A stretch of 51,234 bases of DNA, counting the filler, from Sphacelaria rigidula (Eukaryota), in assembly GCA_964200075.2 (NCBI GenBank). It is 3 parts of 3 records of this genome, joined end to end, with 100 filler letters (N's around TTAATTAATTAA, not from the genome) between each part and the next. Parts side by side here need not be neighbours in the genome. Positions count along the whole stretch, not along the records: positions 34,225 to 51,234 come from CAXNAA020001188.1; 2 more parts are not named here. One strand, given 5' to 3'. A program made the position numbers and the translations under genes. This document shows positions 34,811 to 48,851 of the stretch, piece after piece. The notes below the pieces were generated by a model. That model saw nothing but the letters and a program-made list of their open reading frames with translations. It ran no database searches and was not told where the DNA came from. Numbering within the stretch: position 1 is the first letter of the stretch; every line of letters starts with the position of its first letter.

Positions 34811-37770
34811 CCCTCCCCCCCCCATAATGTTGACGATAGTGACATTTTCTAGCACAAGTGCCGTGTCACCACTCATCCTCATTTCTCCGGGGACCGCCGG
34901 GAGCGCGGCGTCATCGACTTTGTACTTTTTTTGGCACTCATCTATTTTGCTTACTTTTGGTGCATGGTGTTGCGCGCACGGACGATATGGAGCACACAAA
35001 CCGCGGCACCCCGCAGGCAAGCAACCCACACACACTAATGGTGAAAACGCGCGAGAGGAATCCTGTTCGAGCTATCGTACACATGCCTTTGCATGGCAAC
35101 AAAAACGGCGCCGAGCGAGTGCAGTACTCAGCGTAGCGATGCCCTCCCATTCGTCCTGCCGTCCTAAGGTCTAAACCGACCAGATACCAAACACGTACGA
35201 CTCGCACTCATTCGGTCCTCCGCCTGTACCACCCGTGTTCACCGCGCGTACGGCGTTGGGTATCAGGTACTCGCCGATGGTCGCAAGGCGGGGGGGGCGA
35301 AGAATACCAGCAGTAACGCCGGGAATGACGTAAGAGTACGACGCCAGTGGTATTAAGGATGGGTTGATAAAAATTGTGGACGGTGGTTCACGCCATAAAG
35401 TGTGTTCTGCCACGAGATGTCCGATGACCTTGTGGCAGCGTCGTTGGCTGATGCTTCGGCGGGCATGCTTCCCCGTCGGGTGCTCTTCTTCTTTTCAAAG
35501 TGTGCAAAAAATGACGGCACGATGAGGCGACACCAAGCAAGATCACTTTCGATGCTGGCGGCACATCATATCTCGCTGCAATTGAAACGGGAATAGGTGT
35601 ATGCGAAAGGTTGAAGAGGTGGTGTGGAAACGGCTCCAGAGTTTCCACGATGACGACACAATTTTGATACCGTGTACACTATATATATGGTCAACAGTTG
35701 CAACAGACAAAAAAAAATATACCGCGCCAAGTACAGATAGACCTGTTGCAACAATTGTCCACTCTGTTCAGGGTGTGAACAATTTACATAGTTGATATTA
35801 TAAGTGGGCTTATTGCCCTTTTCACGGGAAAAAAAAGGGATACACTTCGGCAATGTGGCGCATGGAAAATATCTGCTTTCTTGAGGTTATTTCTCGCGGG
35901 GCGCCCGCGATGCCGTGATATAGGCGACTACGGAATGGGATTCTGTGCGATGATCGGATGCTCTGTCGTTCCCCGTGTGAAGTACTGTGGTAATCGCACC
36001 CCGCCCCTGGAGAAAATGAGCGCAGCCTTTACGGCGTTCTCGGTCCGGAACATGCTGTTGAGTCCCAGGGCACGATGCATATCGCGCGAAAACTCGGCGA
36101 CGGGAGGCTCTATGACGGCGACACAGCAGACTTGAAATGATGATCGGTACCCTATCGCTTGTGGGCCACACTGTTATTGAAATGCCTCTCCCGCGGATAT
36201 TTCACATCTATCCGCCGCGTCGGCGCCTGTCGCCTCTGTGAAATATTTATTCTGCAGCGACCCTTCGGCGCCGCGGAGTACGGTCGAATACTACAAGTTC
36301 ACCTCGGGCTCTCATCAGTAAATAATGTTTTGGGGAGAGCTCCGGCTATTTGGGGTGTCCCCATCGCTGGCGAGCGCCAGGTGCAACACAAGGGGCAGCT
36401 ATCGTGACTGATTGAAGTTGTGAACAGGAATTCGCCTTTGGGGAACCAAGGAGGCGCTTCATTTCGGTAAAAGCCGCTGTCATTATCCACATGATAGACG
36501 TAACCGAGATAGAAAAAAAAGAAGAAGGAAACACTCAGTGAAGGAGAGTGAAGGAAACAGAAAGGTGAAACAGACAGAGTAGACCAAGGAAAGAAAATAA
36601 GAGGAAAGAAAAAAACAGAACACAACGAGACTGGAAAGTGCCGGTCTCTGCCACATGACTTCGGTGGAAAATGTCGTGCACAAAAACCACATCCATACCC
36701 GGTCGTGCAAAAGCAAAAGCCGTGGAAACAGATTGAGGTTAATCTGTTTCGACCTCACTATTATGGGTGTGGAGATGTCATCCATGGCCCACCCTAAGGA
36801 AGCGAGGTACCAAACTGCTACTTGCAGGGGAGAGAGAAAGAAACAGAGACAGAGAGAGACAGAAATATAACAGATAAGAAAGAGACAGCAAAAGTGACGA
36901 GTCCCATAGGACACAGTACAGTACAGTAGATCTAAATGGACGCCAGGGAGAACCGCAAAACCACCGACCAGGGACAGAATCAACAACCAACAAGGAAAGA
37001 CAGAGGTGCATAAGCTTCCGTGTAAGCCTCATCATCTCGCGTTCATCTCTAGTCGGGTACAAAGCGGGCCATTCTCTCGGTCATTTCCATTGTGGATTCC
37101 TCGCGAGCTGTTAAGGAGTCTGCTTCGTCCGCAAAATTGCGGCACGTAAATAAAATGTACTGTAGTTAACCCTTACACCCTGGCGGCAAAGAACGGCAGG
37201 AAGAGACTCGAACATGTCCACACTTGCTCGCGTGCCATATTGCAGCTACGCGATGACCCGGTTTGCTTCCCATGCTCGTTGTTGTCGACATCATAAAAAG
37301 GAGTAAGGTATCGAAAGGCCATCCATCGCACCCTGTCCCGAAAAGCGCTTGCGGGCCCCTATGCTCTTCTCGTTCCTGCCGTGCCGGGCAGGCGGGGAGG
37401 TGACGACATGACGCCAAGATGTTACCGCAAGCAGTATATGCGGCGTAACCGCTCCGGCCGTATCTTGTGATGGTCGACTACTGCCGTTTCGGTATTTATT
37501 ACAGCACCTTCGGTCGTGGAGCTCTCCGCCGCGGGTCGATATTCGGCCATGAAAATTGGCACCCTGGTTGGACAGTAGATAGGCAGTATGTGCGCCAATC
37601 GGCGGTACATTTCGCCAACGCGCACGAAACAGGACAGCGATCACAGATTTTTGACAATACGGTCGATACGCCCTCAAGATGCCCTTCCCGGGGACCAAAC
37701 TTCGGGCACCAACCAGGGGGCTACGGGGAGAAGATTTTCGGACACGGAGCCCCCCCCCCTTCCCCCTCCT

Positions 37771-38330
37771 AGCCTGGTCCGGCAAAAAACCGGCGTGCTC
37801 CGTCCCGGCTTCTTAGGGGGCAGGCCCCCGATGGGGTTGGCGTCAGTTGGCGATGACGCTATAAAACACGCCACTCACTGCGTGAGCTAGGTAACCAGGT
37901 TACCGATATTTTTTTGCGCGCTTGCATTTTTTGCGGTAGCGACTGTATGGTAGTCGACCTAGATCATCTTATGCGGTGTGGGAAAACCTCACCTCAACGC
38001 CGCACAACGGGATGATCGTACTACGTAGTGTTTGAATGGTGGGACACCCATGAGGAAGTGTATAAGCCGTGGCTGTCTCTGGTAGTGGCGATACCAGATA
38101 ATAAAGCAACTCATTATTGGCTGTCATCCAAATGCAAGATAATCAGTACGCTTCTGGCCGAACAATCTTGCCAGATGCAGCTCACCCTTCATGCGACTCG
38201 CCGAACATACCACGGCGCTTCGGGCTTGGTGATAGAGTGCGAGCCTGGTCCAGCGAAAAGTCGGCGTGCTCCGTCCCGGCTTTGCGGGGATGCGAGGTCA
38301 ATGGTCTTGAGACTATGGCATGCATAATCA
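37771..38330 (+). mobile_element. Family B element copy
   Basis: Starts AGCCTGGTCCGGC directly after a C tract (37750-37770); the motif recurs at about 38242; ends GGATGCGAGGTCAATGGTCTTGAGACTATGGCATGC. Confidence 0.7.
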
Positions 38331-38779
38331 GTAAACACTGACAAATACAGAAGAGTCTGGTGGGCGGGCTTTGCGGGCTTCGTATATTTGCTTCTTCTCC
38401 TTGCCCGCTCTGTTGCGATGACCTCAGACGCCGGCCACGCTCACACGCACGTATGTACACGAGTGCATGGTAGCGACAGCCTGTGGCCATAGCAAAAATA
38501 TCTCGCGCCTCGCCAAACTTGCCCGGCCTATTGATAGGTACTCGAGGCACGCGGCACGGAACATGATCCCACAAATGCAATCATGGTAAGTGATAAGCTT
38601 GTGAAGGGCGGCGTGTCCGCAATCTCAGCGGTCTCAATGCCAAGGGTCTCTGTACACGGCAGCTGACCGCATCCGCCAACGCCCCGGCAATAACTAGGGG
38701 ACAGCAGGCTGGGTGCCCCCCTCCCCTACCCCCCCCTCAAAAACTCAATTTTTCAATTTTCCAAGGTTGTGTCCTGTGT

Positions 38780-39070
38780 GGTACGGGTATGTTCTGTGGG
38801 GTATGGGATTCCTTACATAACTTACAGAAATATCGGGTACCGGTATGAAAGTCTTACAGAAATTACAGAATTTGTCGAGTACGGCATGGGAGCCTCAGAG
38901 AAAACCGTAACGGCGATCGGGGGTTTCTTTCAGGGCATACCTGCGCTTCGGGTAGGAGCATATGTTATGTACAGAACTCACAGAACTCTCGGGTAAGAAC
39001 ATGGGAGGCGTACAAAACTCCTAGAAACTGTCGGGCAGGGTATGGAGGTTGCACAGAAAACCGTACCCGC
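38780..39070. repeat. Degenerate minisatellite (ACAGAACTTACAGAA...CGGGTA type)
   Basis: Recurring TACAGAA and TCGGGTA motifs at a few tens of bp spacing. Confidence 0.6.
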
Positions 39071-40913
39071 AATCGGGTCTCTTCTTATCAAGACCGGCGC
39101 GACCTATTTGCAGGTGGAGTATGCAAATAAGAGCGAACAGGTCGCGAACGCCTCCAGAACCAACCCAAGATAAACCCAATTTCGAATCGAAATGCTGGGC
39201 ATACGAAACAACGGTCAGTCGCATTACACAGCAGTCCACAGCAGGGTAGTAGAGAAAACATCTTGTCGTAGGGCAGGAGACCACACACGCCTGCGGCAAT
39301 GAGCTCTCTGTTCAATTTTCACGAGCAAACAGTCGTCTTGTGTTCTTGGCCAGCCAAACACCGCGCATGCTCGGTTGTATGGATACTCTGACGACACGGA
39401 CTGTATACAGTATACAGTATGCATCAGCTACTTGCCATCGAGAATACCGCCATATAATACTGTTGTTGCACTGCTGTTGTACAAGACAACACGCTGCCTG
39501 TACACTGTGTCTGTGTACTGTGCAGGCTATCCAATTGAAAGCCCGAATAGTGGGAGTATTCCTGTATCGCACCACTTGTCAACTGCGTTAAGAGCACTAC
39601 AGGCCCTGTACAGTAGTACTCCTGTACTACTGCTGTTGTCTGTCGTCCGCTGTACATAGTGTACAGTCCACACAGCACACAGCAGACAACGGTGCTTGTA
39701 TTATAATGATGGTGTGGTTTCACAAGTTTCCCTACTTGCGGGTATACGGTCATGGATAGTACTCAGAGCATCCAAACGCCGTTCTCTTCGCGGATACACT
39801 GTATTCCTGCGCATGGGCTGCGGCGGGTGTGAACGGTTGTCATTACGTAATGCACACTCTCATGATGACACGATTACACTTGAACACTCAGCTACCATCA
39901 TGTTGTCCTTGCCGCAGCAACGATCAACTATCAACATGTTTGTTCTTCAAGAACTTGGCTTGAAGAAGTGCCCCAAGAAAAAACGATTGATTTCACGATT
40001 CCCAGTAGTATGCAGCGAAGAAGTCATCGCCGCCTGCGATTACAGCATCCTGCCCTACAACAGAAGAAATATGATCGATGTTACAGCCCTGCTGTGAGCT
40101 ACTGTACTCTGGAGTATGCCTCGCATAAGAGTTGGCCTTGGGAAACACAAACCTTGCAATTTTCAATCTTGGGGCCTACGCGTCCCAAAATGTTTTCCCC
40201 CGTAGCCCCCTACACTGACCCTTAATGCATACTTGGATACGCAGGTGCACTAATTTCCACACCATGAGCAGCTGGGCGGCTGCTGCGCTGGCAGACAACG
40301 ATCTGTACTGGGACATCTACTGGATAATGACAATTTGTAGAAGACTCATCCACACATCGTCTACAGTGTACTGGTAATCATATTTCGCGAGGCGGGCACA
40401 GTGCAGAACAGGCAATACGGTCTTGTCCATATATCTTCATACAGACGGTGACGTGAAAAGGATTTTAACAACCTGCGATAGACAGCACAGAACTTACTAC
40501 CTGTACTGTCTATGAGGATTTACGCAATGCGGTCACCCACTTCTACAATGCGATAAGATGCCCAAGTTTTCGCCGGCGGGGGAAATATGTGCCTGCCGGG
40601 GGAGAGACGGTGCCAGTTTCCAGTCGGGCACTGCACCAGTTAATCAGTAGCCAAACACATGGGGGTACAGTAGTAGGAGTAGTAATTCAAAAAGATCGGA
40701 CACAATCATCACACCACTTGATGCTCACTATAACGATCGCATCTGGACTCCGTCTGGTTTCATGAATACGGTGATGTAGTAGGCGAGACGATTTGCGGAC
40801 AATCAGTTCTTCATGAGAACTCGGACAAGCGATTTGACACTTGCGCCACGACGAGGGTCGCGAACAGTTGACTTTTTTAGATAATGCGGCCCTGGTCTAG
40901 CTTGTAAACACAC

Positions 40914-41297
40914 CTCCATGTACCCATTCACCGGCATAGACGTGGCTGCCAGATACGCCTCGGCCTCTTCTATGCTCTCCTTGGCCATCGTCGAATCCTG
41001 CACAACTTCATCACCACCCAACTTCCGTAGAATATACGAGAGTTGCTTCTCTTCCCCATGTTTCGTTTCCTCATGTTCGATAGCATCTACAAGGGCGGGA
41101 GTGCGCGCCAGGGCCCACAGAGCGGACGCAATCGAGCCGCGCACCTTGTTGGCCAGCGTGCTGGAATGGGGACTGGTAGAGCCGTCGAGTAGCTCCACGA
41201 CGTCGCTATTACTGCTCACGTCCCTGTTGATGAGGTTGGAGTTGGTGCTGCCGATCGTGCCCCTTTTCAGAAGACTCAGCACATCCCCCAACATTCT
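40914..41297 (-). CDS. Internal exon of an unknown helical (ARM/HEAT-like?) protein
   Basis: Acceptor ATGCAG|, donor GAG|GTGTGT, 384 nt open in phase 0/0; contains VRGSIASALWALA, reminiscent of an armadillo helix. Confidence 0.6.
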
Positions 41298-44200
41298 CTG
41301 CATCAGTCTTGTACTTTACTACTCTCCTCGTTTCCATATCCCGCAGAGTACATTCTCCCTTCTCAAGTGTTTGTCGCTTCATATGTCTTTGAGTTTCATC
41401 CTGGATTCAAATCGAACAGTCAATATATTCAAGACCCGTTGGTGAAAAGTATTTTACTCCAGTAAATTACAGGAGAGTCTTACCTGCTCTTTGCATCTAC
41501 TCACATCTATAAAATACATTAATCGAATAGAGTACGATACAAACTTGACGGTGAGGGCTCAAACGTGGACAAGATATGATGTCCATCATGGACGAGTTAT
41601 CGTTTTTGCAAATTCATGTCTCTTCTGGTATAAATTAAGACTACCTGTACCCCCACGAGACCTCCAGGGGAGAAAAGAGCTTGATTTCATGACGCCGACC
41701 ACTACCATTGTTGTTGTCCGAGTAGTCATACAAAATTTCAAGGATTTATTTCTATCATGTGTTGAGATTTTTTATTGCTCTGTTATATACATGTGTGTGT
41801 GACGGACATATTAGCCACGACCAGCAACACACGGCTGTGAACATCCGCATGCCCTTTGTTAGTGCACTGGGCATTAAAAAAGGTGCATCGCAGTACCTGG
41901 TACCAGCGCATTTTGCTTTTTTTATCACGGTGCACATACACCATATACCGATTACCACTGTATTATATTCAAGTTATATTTCTAAAAATTGGTATTTCAA
42001 GGGACCAGGATGCTTTGAGTCATACTCCATTTCTTGTTCAAGAGCCGAATGTGCCATGAACTACAGTACTGCAGTGGGAAATAATATTTTTGTACAACGA
42101 GCAGCATTTGGGTGTGAAGCATCTACAGCAATCTCAGCAGGTAGAAGAATACAACGCCCTACATATCCTCTAATCTCCCACACAGCCCAACGCCCACAGA
42201 GTACTTACTGCATGGCGATCGGTTTCTGGAGATGGCCTTGACCACCTCTAGACCCCCAGGCGTTCGCCTACAGCAGCAGCAGCCAAACCAACCGCAGGAG
42301 CAGCTGCAGCAGTACGGTGGAGGTGGTGTGGACTATCTTGATGTGCTCGTGTTGGGGCCGCTGGACGTGTGAGTCTTTGAAACGCAACCACTTTTTTTAG
42401 CTGCCGTTCTCGTGCTGTGCCCCCGGCAGAAACTCTCTCGGCACTCAGGACCCACTGGCAGCCATAGCCAGGTTATAGACATCACATGTTACCGTAAGAT
42501 ACCACATTGAGACGTAAGGGTCTGCACCACTTTACTTTCAGCCAGGGAGCGGGGGTTTTGATGTTTCTGGAGTTCCGTGTATGTATCCTTCCATGAAATC
42601 AGGATCCCCTTCTGCATGTTTTTGTTACCCTTACTTTCTTACCATCAATTCCGCTCTATTTTTTTCCTGCGCTTCAAGAATCGGGTTTTCTCGTGAACGA
42701 TAGCACCGCTCTACAGGCAATCAGTAGGGTTCACCGTGAGCGTGCTCCGTTGTTGCAGACGGGTCCTGGCTGTTTGTATACCCATACCGGTTGTGTAGCG
42801 AACGTGCACGCGCGTGTGCGTGTTCGGGTGTGTATTTATGTATATCTGCTGCCGCGGCTCTTGTAAGTGCGGGGGGTGAGTGGTGCTCCGTCTACCTGAC
42901 ACGAAATAGAGAAGACACATTCGCCTAGAAACAAGAACGGCCTTTCCTTATCTCGAGATATTAGTACTACCCACGCTACTGTCTGTCAGGTTTGTTTTGA
43001 TAATACCCCTAGTTCTTACGTTTCCGTCGGTGATTGCATACTGAGAAAACATCCGGCTTGAGCCGTTCAAAAGCAATAGCCTGTTGTTGATTCCTTGCTT
43101 TCCTCAGGTCATCTGTTCAGTATCCTCCATGATTGAAAGAGCGATTGATAGATGTACGGACGCTTCTTGTTTTTACTGCACGGATGTATTTACCTGTCGT
43201 CACCTGACCATATATCAACTATTGTTGGTATTAACCGGAACATGGTTGAATTGGGTGGCATAGAACAAAACCCCCCTGATGACAATTGCATCCTTTCATA
43301 CTTGGGCATACAAGAAGGCAAACAGCAGGTTGATGTAGACGCACACTGGACACGGTTCTCTGTTACACCAAACTGTCGCGCATGCCTTCAGAATCTGTAG
43401 CTACAGCTGCTTGGCTTGCAGGATTTGCCATATGTTCATGTTTCCGCGCAATTAATAATGTTTGCACATTCAGGTTCGATATGCTATACAGACCACAGAG
43501 ATTTCTTTCCTGGAGATTCGAGTGTGGATGTCTGTATTGCGTACTATCGCGCTGCGATTTGAAAAAATGCTCGAAAGCAAAGTACAACCACAGCAGTCAG
43601 TATAACTATAACAGTAGGTGCACAACAGTCGGTACAGTTGGCACTCAGTACAGAGAGGGCAAAAGTTGTTTCATTTCTCAGTGGCAAAGCAAGCCTTTAC
43701 GGGCCGTTGAGTATGCAGGTTATGTTGGTCCGTTTTTAACCACCATTCGTTGCACAAACACTTGCTCGTCTTCGATGCATCATGCTATTTTTTGCGATGT
43801 TCATGATAATAGGTTTGATGTTGGATCGCAGGAGCCACTGGCCTTTGTGAGCCTTGATGATGTTTACATGAATGATAAGGTGGGTGGAAGGGCACGGTTT
43901 GATCGTATGTGGAGTGTGCTGGTGGGGGGTACAGGCCGTGAGAAAAATCATTGCTGTTTTCCTCGTGGGCCAAAAACAGCGACAACGGCGTGTGTTTGTG
44001 GTATGCATGCACACGAGGCACGAGAAGAAAGGGAGACATGCAAATGTTGAATTTCAAACGGGCGTTATTCAGTGGTATGTCGCGTGAGGAGGTTGTGTCC
44101 AGGGTTTGCCCTCTTTCTCCTAAAGCAAACACCAATGCATGCATGATCTAAGCCTTCCAACCCTCGGGTTGCTGTGGGCCTGAAACTATGAAAAGCAAGA

Positions 44201-46799
44201 GTGAATTTCATGTTGATATCCCAGACGGATACAGATCTGGAGAACGCAGGTTACACTACTCCTGCACAAATTGAATCGTATTCAAGCTGTTCCTTGAGCT
44301 ACAGGTGGGTAGCTTGCGACCACGGAAGGTGACAGCAGCGGGTGTCCAGTACGGATTTACCAGAGCTGCGCAAACAGCGGCACGGTTTCAGGGTGATGAT
44401 AACAGCGTGAGCAACAGCATACTCGGCATCTGTCTGCAATGTACCGACTGTACTGCGCTGTGTCGTCTCTTTGTGCTGTTGGCGTATGATGAAAGGCGTG
44501 TGTCTGATCCTCGCGCACAAGGTTTCGCCCACAACGCCATGCTTCCTGCAACCCTGCATATATCTACACCCTTCATGTCACGTTCTAGACGTGGGTTAGA
44601 TAGCAGTTGTGTATACATACAGATATTCATATGGAGATGAGTGAGTGTTCGATTTGAGCATTTGCTGGCCTTGCCCGGTATTTCTCGCCCACCCCCTCAT
44701 CCATGTGTTTCAAACTCGTTACTTCGCGGTTTGGCGTTCACCGACATCGCCAACCAATGTCCAACGAAAATCTGACAAGATTTGGAGATTCCACCCACCA
44801 GGTTTTATGCGCAACTCTGTATGAGCGGTATGTGCTGTCTTGAAAGTAACATGTTCTTGTATCGAGTGGATATGACGATGGGTAGGGCCGACGGCAGCTC
44901 TTTCGTGATTATGAGAGTCGGGAGCCCGTCACCCCACACGTCGCCTGTATGCTAAGGCTTCGTATAAGACTTGCGAGAGCCCTTGAACAAGAGAAGGTGA
45001 TGAATAGTTTCTTCCGGTCTTTGGAGCCCATCACCCCCTTTTATGCGCCCCTTTGTTGCTCCATGATTATTACGCAATTTGTGAGCCCGCCTCGGCCTGC
45101 CACATTTTCGAGCCCACGCAGGCATCACCCCATCTCAGCCCAGCTTTCCGCCTCGGATGCCGTCTTGTCGGTTTGGGGTATTACTGTATGTACCATCTGT
45201 ACGTTGCCTTTCCGCTTTGATTCACGGAATGCAACAGGGAAGAATCAGGCGTGGTGTTCACCATACTGCTAGTCATTATCACCCATAGTGTTTGTGATGT
45301 TCCGTCTCCGTGCAGAAGCAGTGACGATTGTCACAGATCACAAATGACTGTCAAGTATAAATATTCAGAGACCAGGGGAAAACCTTCTTGTTTCAGGTTT
45401 CCCGCCCCCCCCCCGCCACCCCTTTCGTCATCACTAGAGTTTACCTATCCCCTGTGAGTGTCGAATGGGTCCCGTTGTTAGCCCGCACTGCCGGGTGGAG
45501 GACAACACGTTCACCCGCACTCAGTCTGACCCTGATGCCCCACGCGGGAGTTGTGTGCCAGCGTGGTGCAGCAGTTTCGTGCTCTCTTATGCACCCCCTT
45601 CTCACTGTCCAACTACATTACCGTCTGTGTATGTATATATATGTAGTCACAGTTGGTTCTGTCAATCACAGGTGCCGAAAGCCGGCGAAAAACTGCATTG
45701 TGGGCTGATTGCTGTGCTCTTCGCAGTTGCCTGTGGTAATTTCGTAGAGATGAAGTGAAGACTTCCCACAAGCCCTCTTGCCTGGGTTTGATTGGTTGGG
45801 AAATCAGCAGGTGTGTTCATTGGCCAGTTTCATCCATACAAAATGCATCGAGAGCGGGTCCAACTCCACAGCAATATATCGGCGTGTACTGGTCCCGTGA
45901 GCCCAAGCCCGAATTATTCACCGACTGGCGAGGAGGGTCAGTAAGAGGCGGAAAATTACGCATAGTATATTCTTCATTTATATCAACCTCCTCGAAGACC
46001 AGCTGCGACGGGTGTACCCTAGCTCGACCAATATGGCTGATAATACAGCCAGTACGGTACAACAGTTGTCCTCAAGAGGTCGGAGTAATTTTTTTTACCG
46101 AATATAGTCCGGTGAAAGTGTTGTGGGGAAAGCTGTGTTATTTTTCAACAGTGCACCAGAGAATGAACGGGTGCATCAAAACAGTACCCGTTTTGGTCAT
46201 CGCGTGCAAGTATCAGAGCGGTTACAATCCACGCCCTTGTCATCATCAGGCCGTGTATTATCGAGACAAGGAAAAAAAAGCGGAAGCGAGAAGCGAAACA
46301 AACGTCCAAATGCACCATGTTGACTGGTCGCAGGGCGGGGCTATGGTTGCGGCGACCAATGAACATCCCGCTTTTGGACACTTCTTCCGTTTGACATATT
46401 TGCATTTTTAGCTCGATAGAAGACACGGCCTTACCTTCACATGTTTTTACGTTGAAACGGCACGCACCGTATGCATACGGATATACACCGTATACATGGA
46501 CGTGTCTCCATGAACGCTGCCTCAGCCACATCGTGGATAATGGCTGTGGTTCTCACTGTGGTGTTGCCACGTATTGGGCAGTTGAAGCTTTTGTGCTCTT
46601 CGCCGGACTGCTGGCGTCATGAAGGCAGCACTTGTCCGCCAGTCAAATCATCGCAAGTGGTGAAGCTGTCGAGGAGTTGAGTAGTTGCACTGCAGTGCAC
46701 TGTAGCTTCCTCTCGTATCCTAAAAGAAGCTAATAGCCCACCTGAAATCTCAGGCTCTACTGTCTAATTTACAAATGTACAACTTCTTGGTCGCTTCCC

Positions 46800-47465
46800 T
46801 TGACCCCTAGACCGCGGTGCGAATAGTCCATCTGTGGATCCACAGACGGACTACCCGCACTGCGGTCTAGGGGTGAACGCTTGGACGGCGAAAGTCGGTC
46901 ATCTGGTGAATCGGCATCAAATTCACTTTGAAAAAGTGTGTATGATCCGCGTGGACTACCCTCGCGGTTCAAGGGTCAACCCTTGAAACGCGAGGGCAGT
47001 CTATGTGGATTATGCATGTTTTTTTCGAAAGAAATTGGTGTCGATTCAACAGATGATCTACTCTCATTGTCTTGGGGTTAACCCTTAGACCGCGAGGTTA
47101 GTAGTCATCTAGACGACGCATACCTTTTTCAAGTGAACATGATGCCGATTCAACAGATTACCTACTCTGGTCTGCGAGTTAACCCTTATTTAGACCGCGA
47201 GACTAGTCTTTCAGGACCATGCATACTTTTTTTCACTTGAAATTGATGCCGATTCAACAGTAGACTAACCTCGCGGTCTAAGGGTTAACACTTAGACCGC
47301 GAGGTTAGTCTTTTGTTGGCATCCAGAAAGACTGATGTCGCAGTCCAAGGGTTAACCTGCTCTCGTCGTCGAAGGGTTAATTCGCAGACGACGAGAGTAG
47401 GTCATCTGTTGAATCGGCATCAATTTCACTCTAAAAATATGCGTGTAAGCCAGATGAACTACCCG
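46800..47465. mobile_element. Tandem array of about 110-bp piggyBac-like MITEs (family D)
   Basis: Units such as TTAA-CCCTT...AGACCGCGAG...CCTCGCGGTCTAAGGG-TTAA (about 47179-47288); junctions at TTAA/TCAA near 46977, 47078, 47179, 47285, 47352 and 47377; shared core TGATGCCGATTCAACAG. Confidence 0.75.
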
Positions 47466-48851
47466 TCACCCTTTTCTCGGTGGTGAAGCCCATTGAGGAA
47501 TCTTCATTACTTTTACTGTCTTCAGGTGAAATTGATGGCGATTCCACAATTAGACCACCTCAGGCTTCTCTTGATTTGTACTGGTTTCAGTTGTTGTTGT
47601 CTTCACACAGTCGCCATATTCCCCGCAACAACCCTGTTTCGTGGGAGGGGTTGACAGATCTTCGAGCGCTCGATGCCACAGACTGCGGCTGATCTGACAA
47701 ATTGTTCTGACCACCACCACTGCAGAGATACGCTCACTATTTTTTTGCCGCAACGTTGGCTGTGACATGTCGGGGAGAAACATGCACTTGCGTGGAGCGC
47801 AGTGAATGTATATATATATATATATAATCTATATCATGAACGTAAATGTAATAGCTTCTTTGTGCGGCTGTAGAAGTCGTTCCACGATTGTCGGCCGTAG
47901 CGTGTGCGTGTGTTTTTTTGGCCCTTTTTAGGCCGTGTTGTGGGCTATGGCTGTGGCTCTTTCCCACCTGGCGCGGCCAAGCTGCGGGCTGTGAGGGCTG
48001 TGTGACATGGGGCCGAATCACATGGTTGAAATAACGACACTGGGGCCTTTCGGGCGAATGGGATGCAGTAGTAGTCATGCGTGTGAAAGAGTTGTCCCCG
48101 TACGGTCGGCTTCTCCCCTGTGAAAATCCTCTGTTTATTTCGTCGAACCCTGATGCTAATCCTAGCCGCAACCCTAGCCCCAGTCTCCACAACGGCAGAC
48201 CGGGAAGTCTCGAGTGGGGTCGGGTGATGCAAGCAAAATTTGCACTGGCAGAGCTCTACCGAGGCAGTTGTCTACGACGCCATTTCGAGCTCAAAAAGAG
48301 AAAAGTAGCCAAAGCTTGTGGTGCGGACGCGGTGTATTTGAATCTGTTTGGGGTAACGATCACCAACGTACGAAGTTACAACAACAGATCCGGTTTGATT
48401 CTGTGTGGTTGTCGTGATTTCCTTCGTCGTGTGATGACATCATTTACCGACTTGAGTCTGCGCCAACCACATGCACGGATTTTGTGTCACAGCTGCCCAG
48501 CAGCCGTCGCTTTCGGTTGTCTGGTGAAATCTGCTGAAGTTGCGCTATTGGTCTTACCAAGGGCTCTGGTGTCTGTTGTAAGGATGTGAACCGACTCATC
48601 AGTCGAGAGTCAGCCCGCAACAGCGTGCAGTACAAACACCGGCGCCGGTCCACCTTCACAGAACTGGCGATCATCCTCCCACCACATCAGAAAAGAAGAC
48701 GGAAAATATGTACCAGCCCACACCCTCACGCACAGACCAGTGACTGTAGCAGGCCACCGAGAAAATGCGCTGTGGATGTACTCCATTCTTTGATCGCCAT
48801 ACCTCGAGGTGGTTCATCCGGATCTCATATTCACCTTTCAAGTGAGAATGA

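Noticed and set aside
37165-37750. TTAA-CCCTT start suggesting a piggyBac-like left end
   Set aside because: No matching right end found.
43382-46411. Long plus-strand ORFs (222 aa at 43382, 218 aa at 45755) and most other short ORFs in the track
   Set aside because: No recognisable domains, atypical Cys-rich composition and no consistent splice chain; likely chance ORFs.
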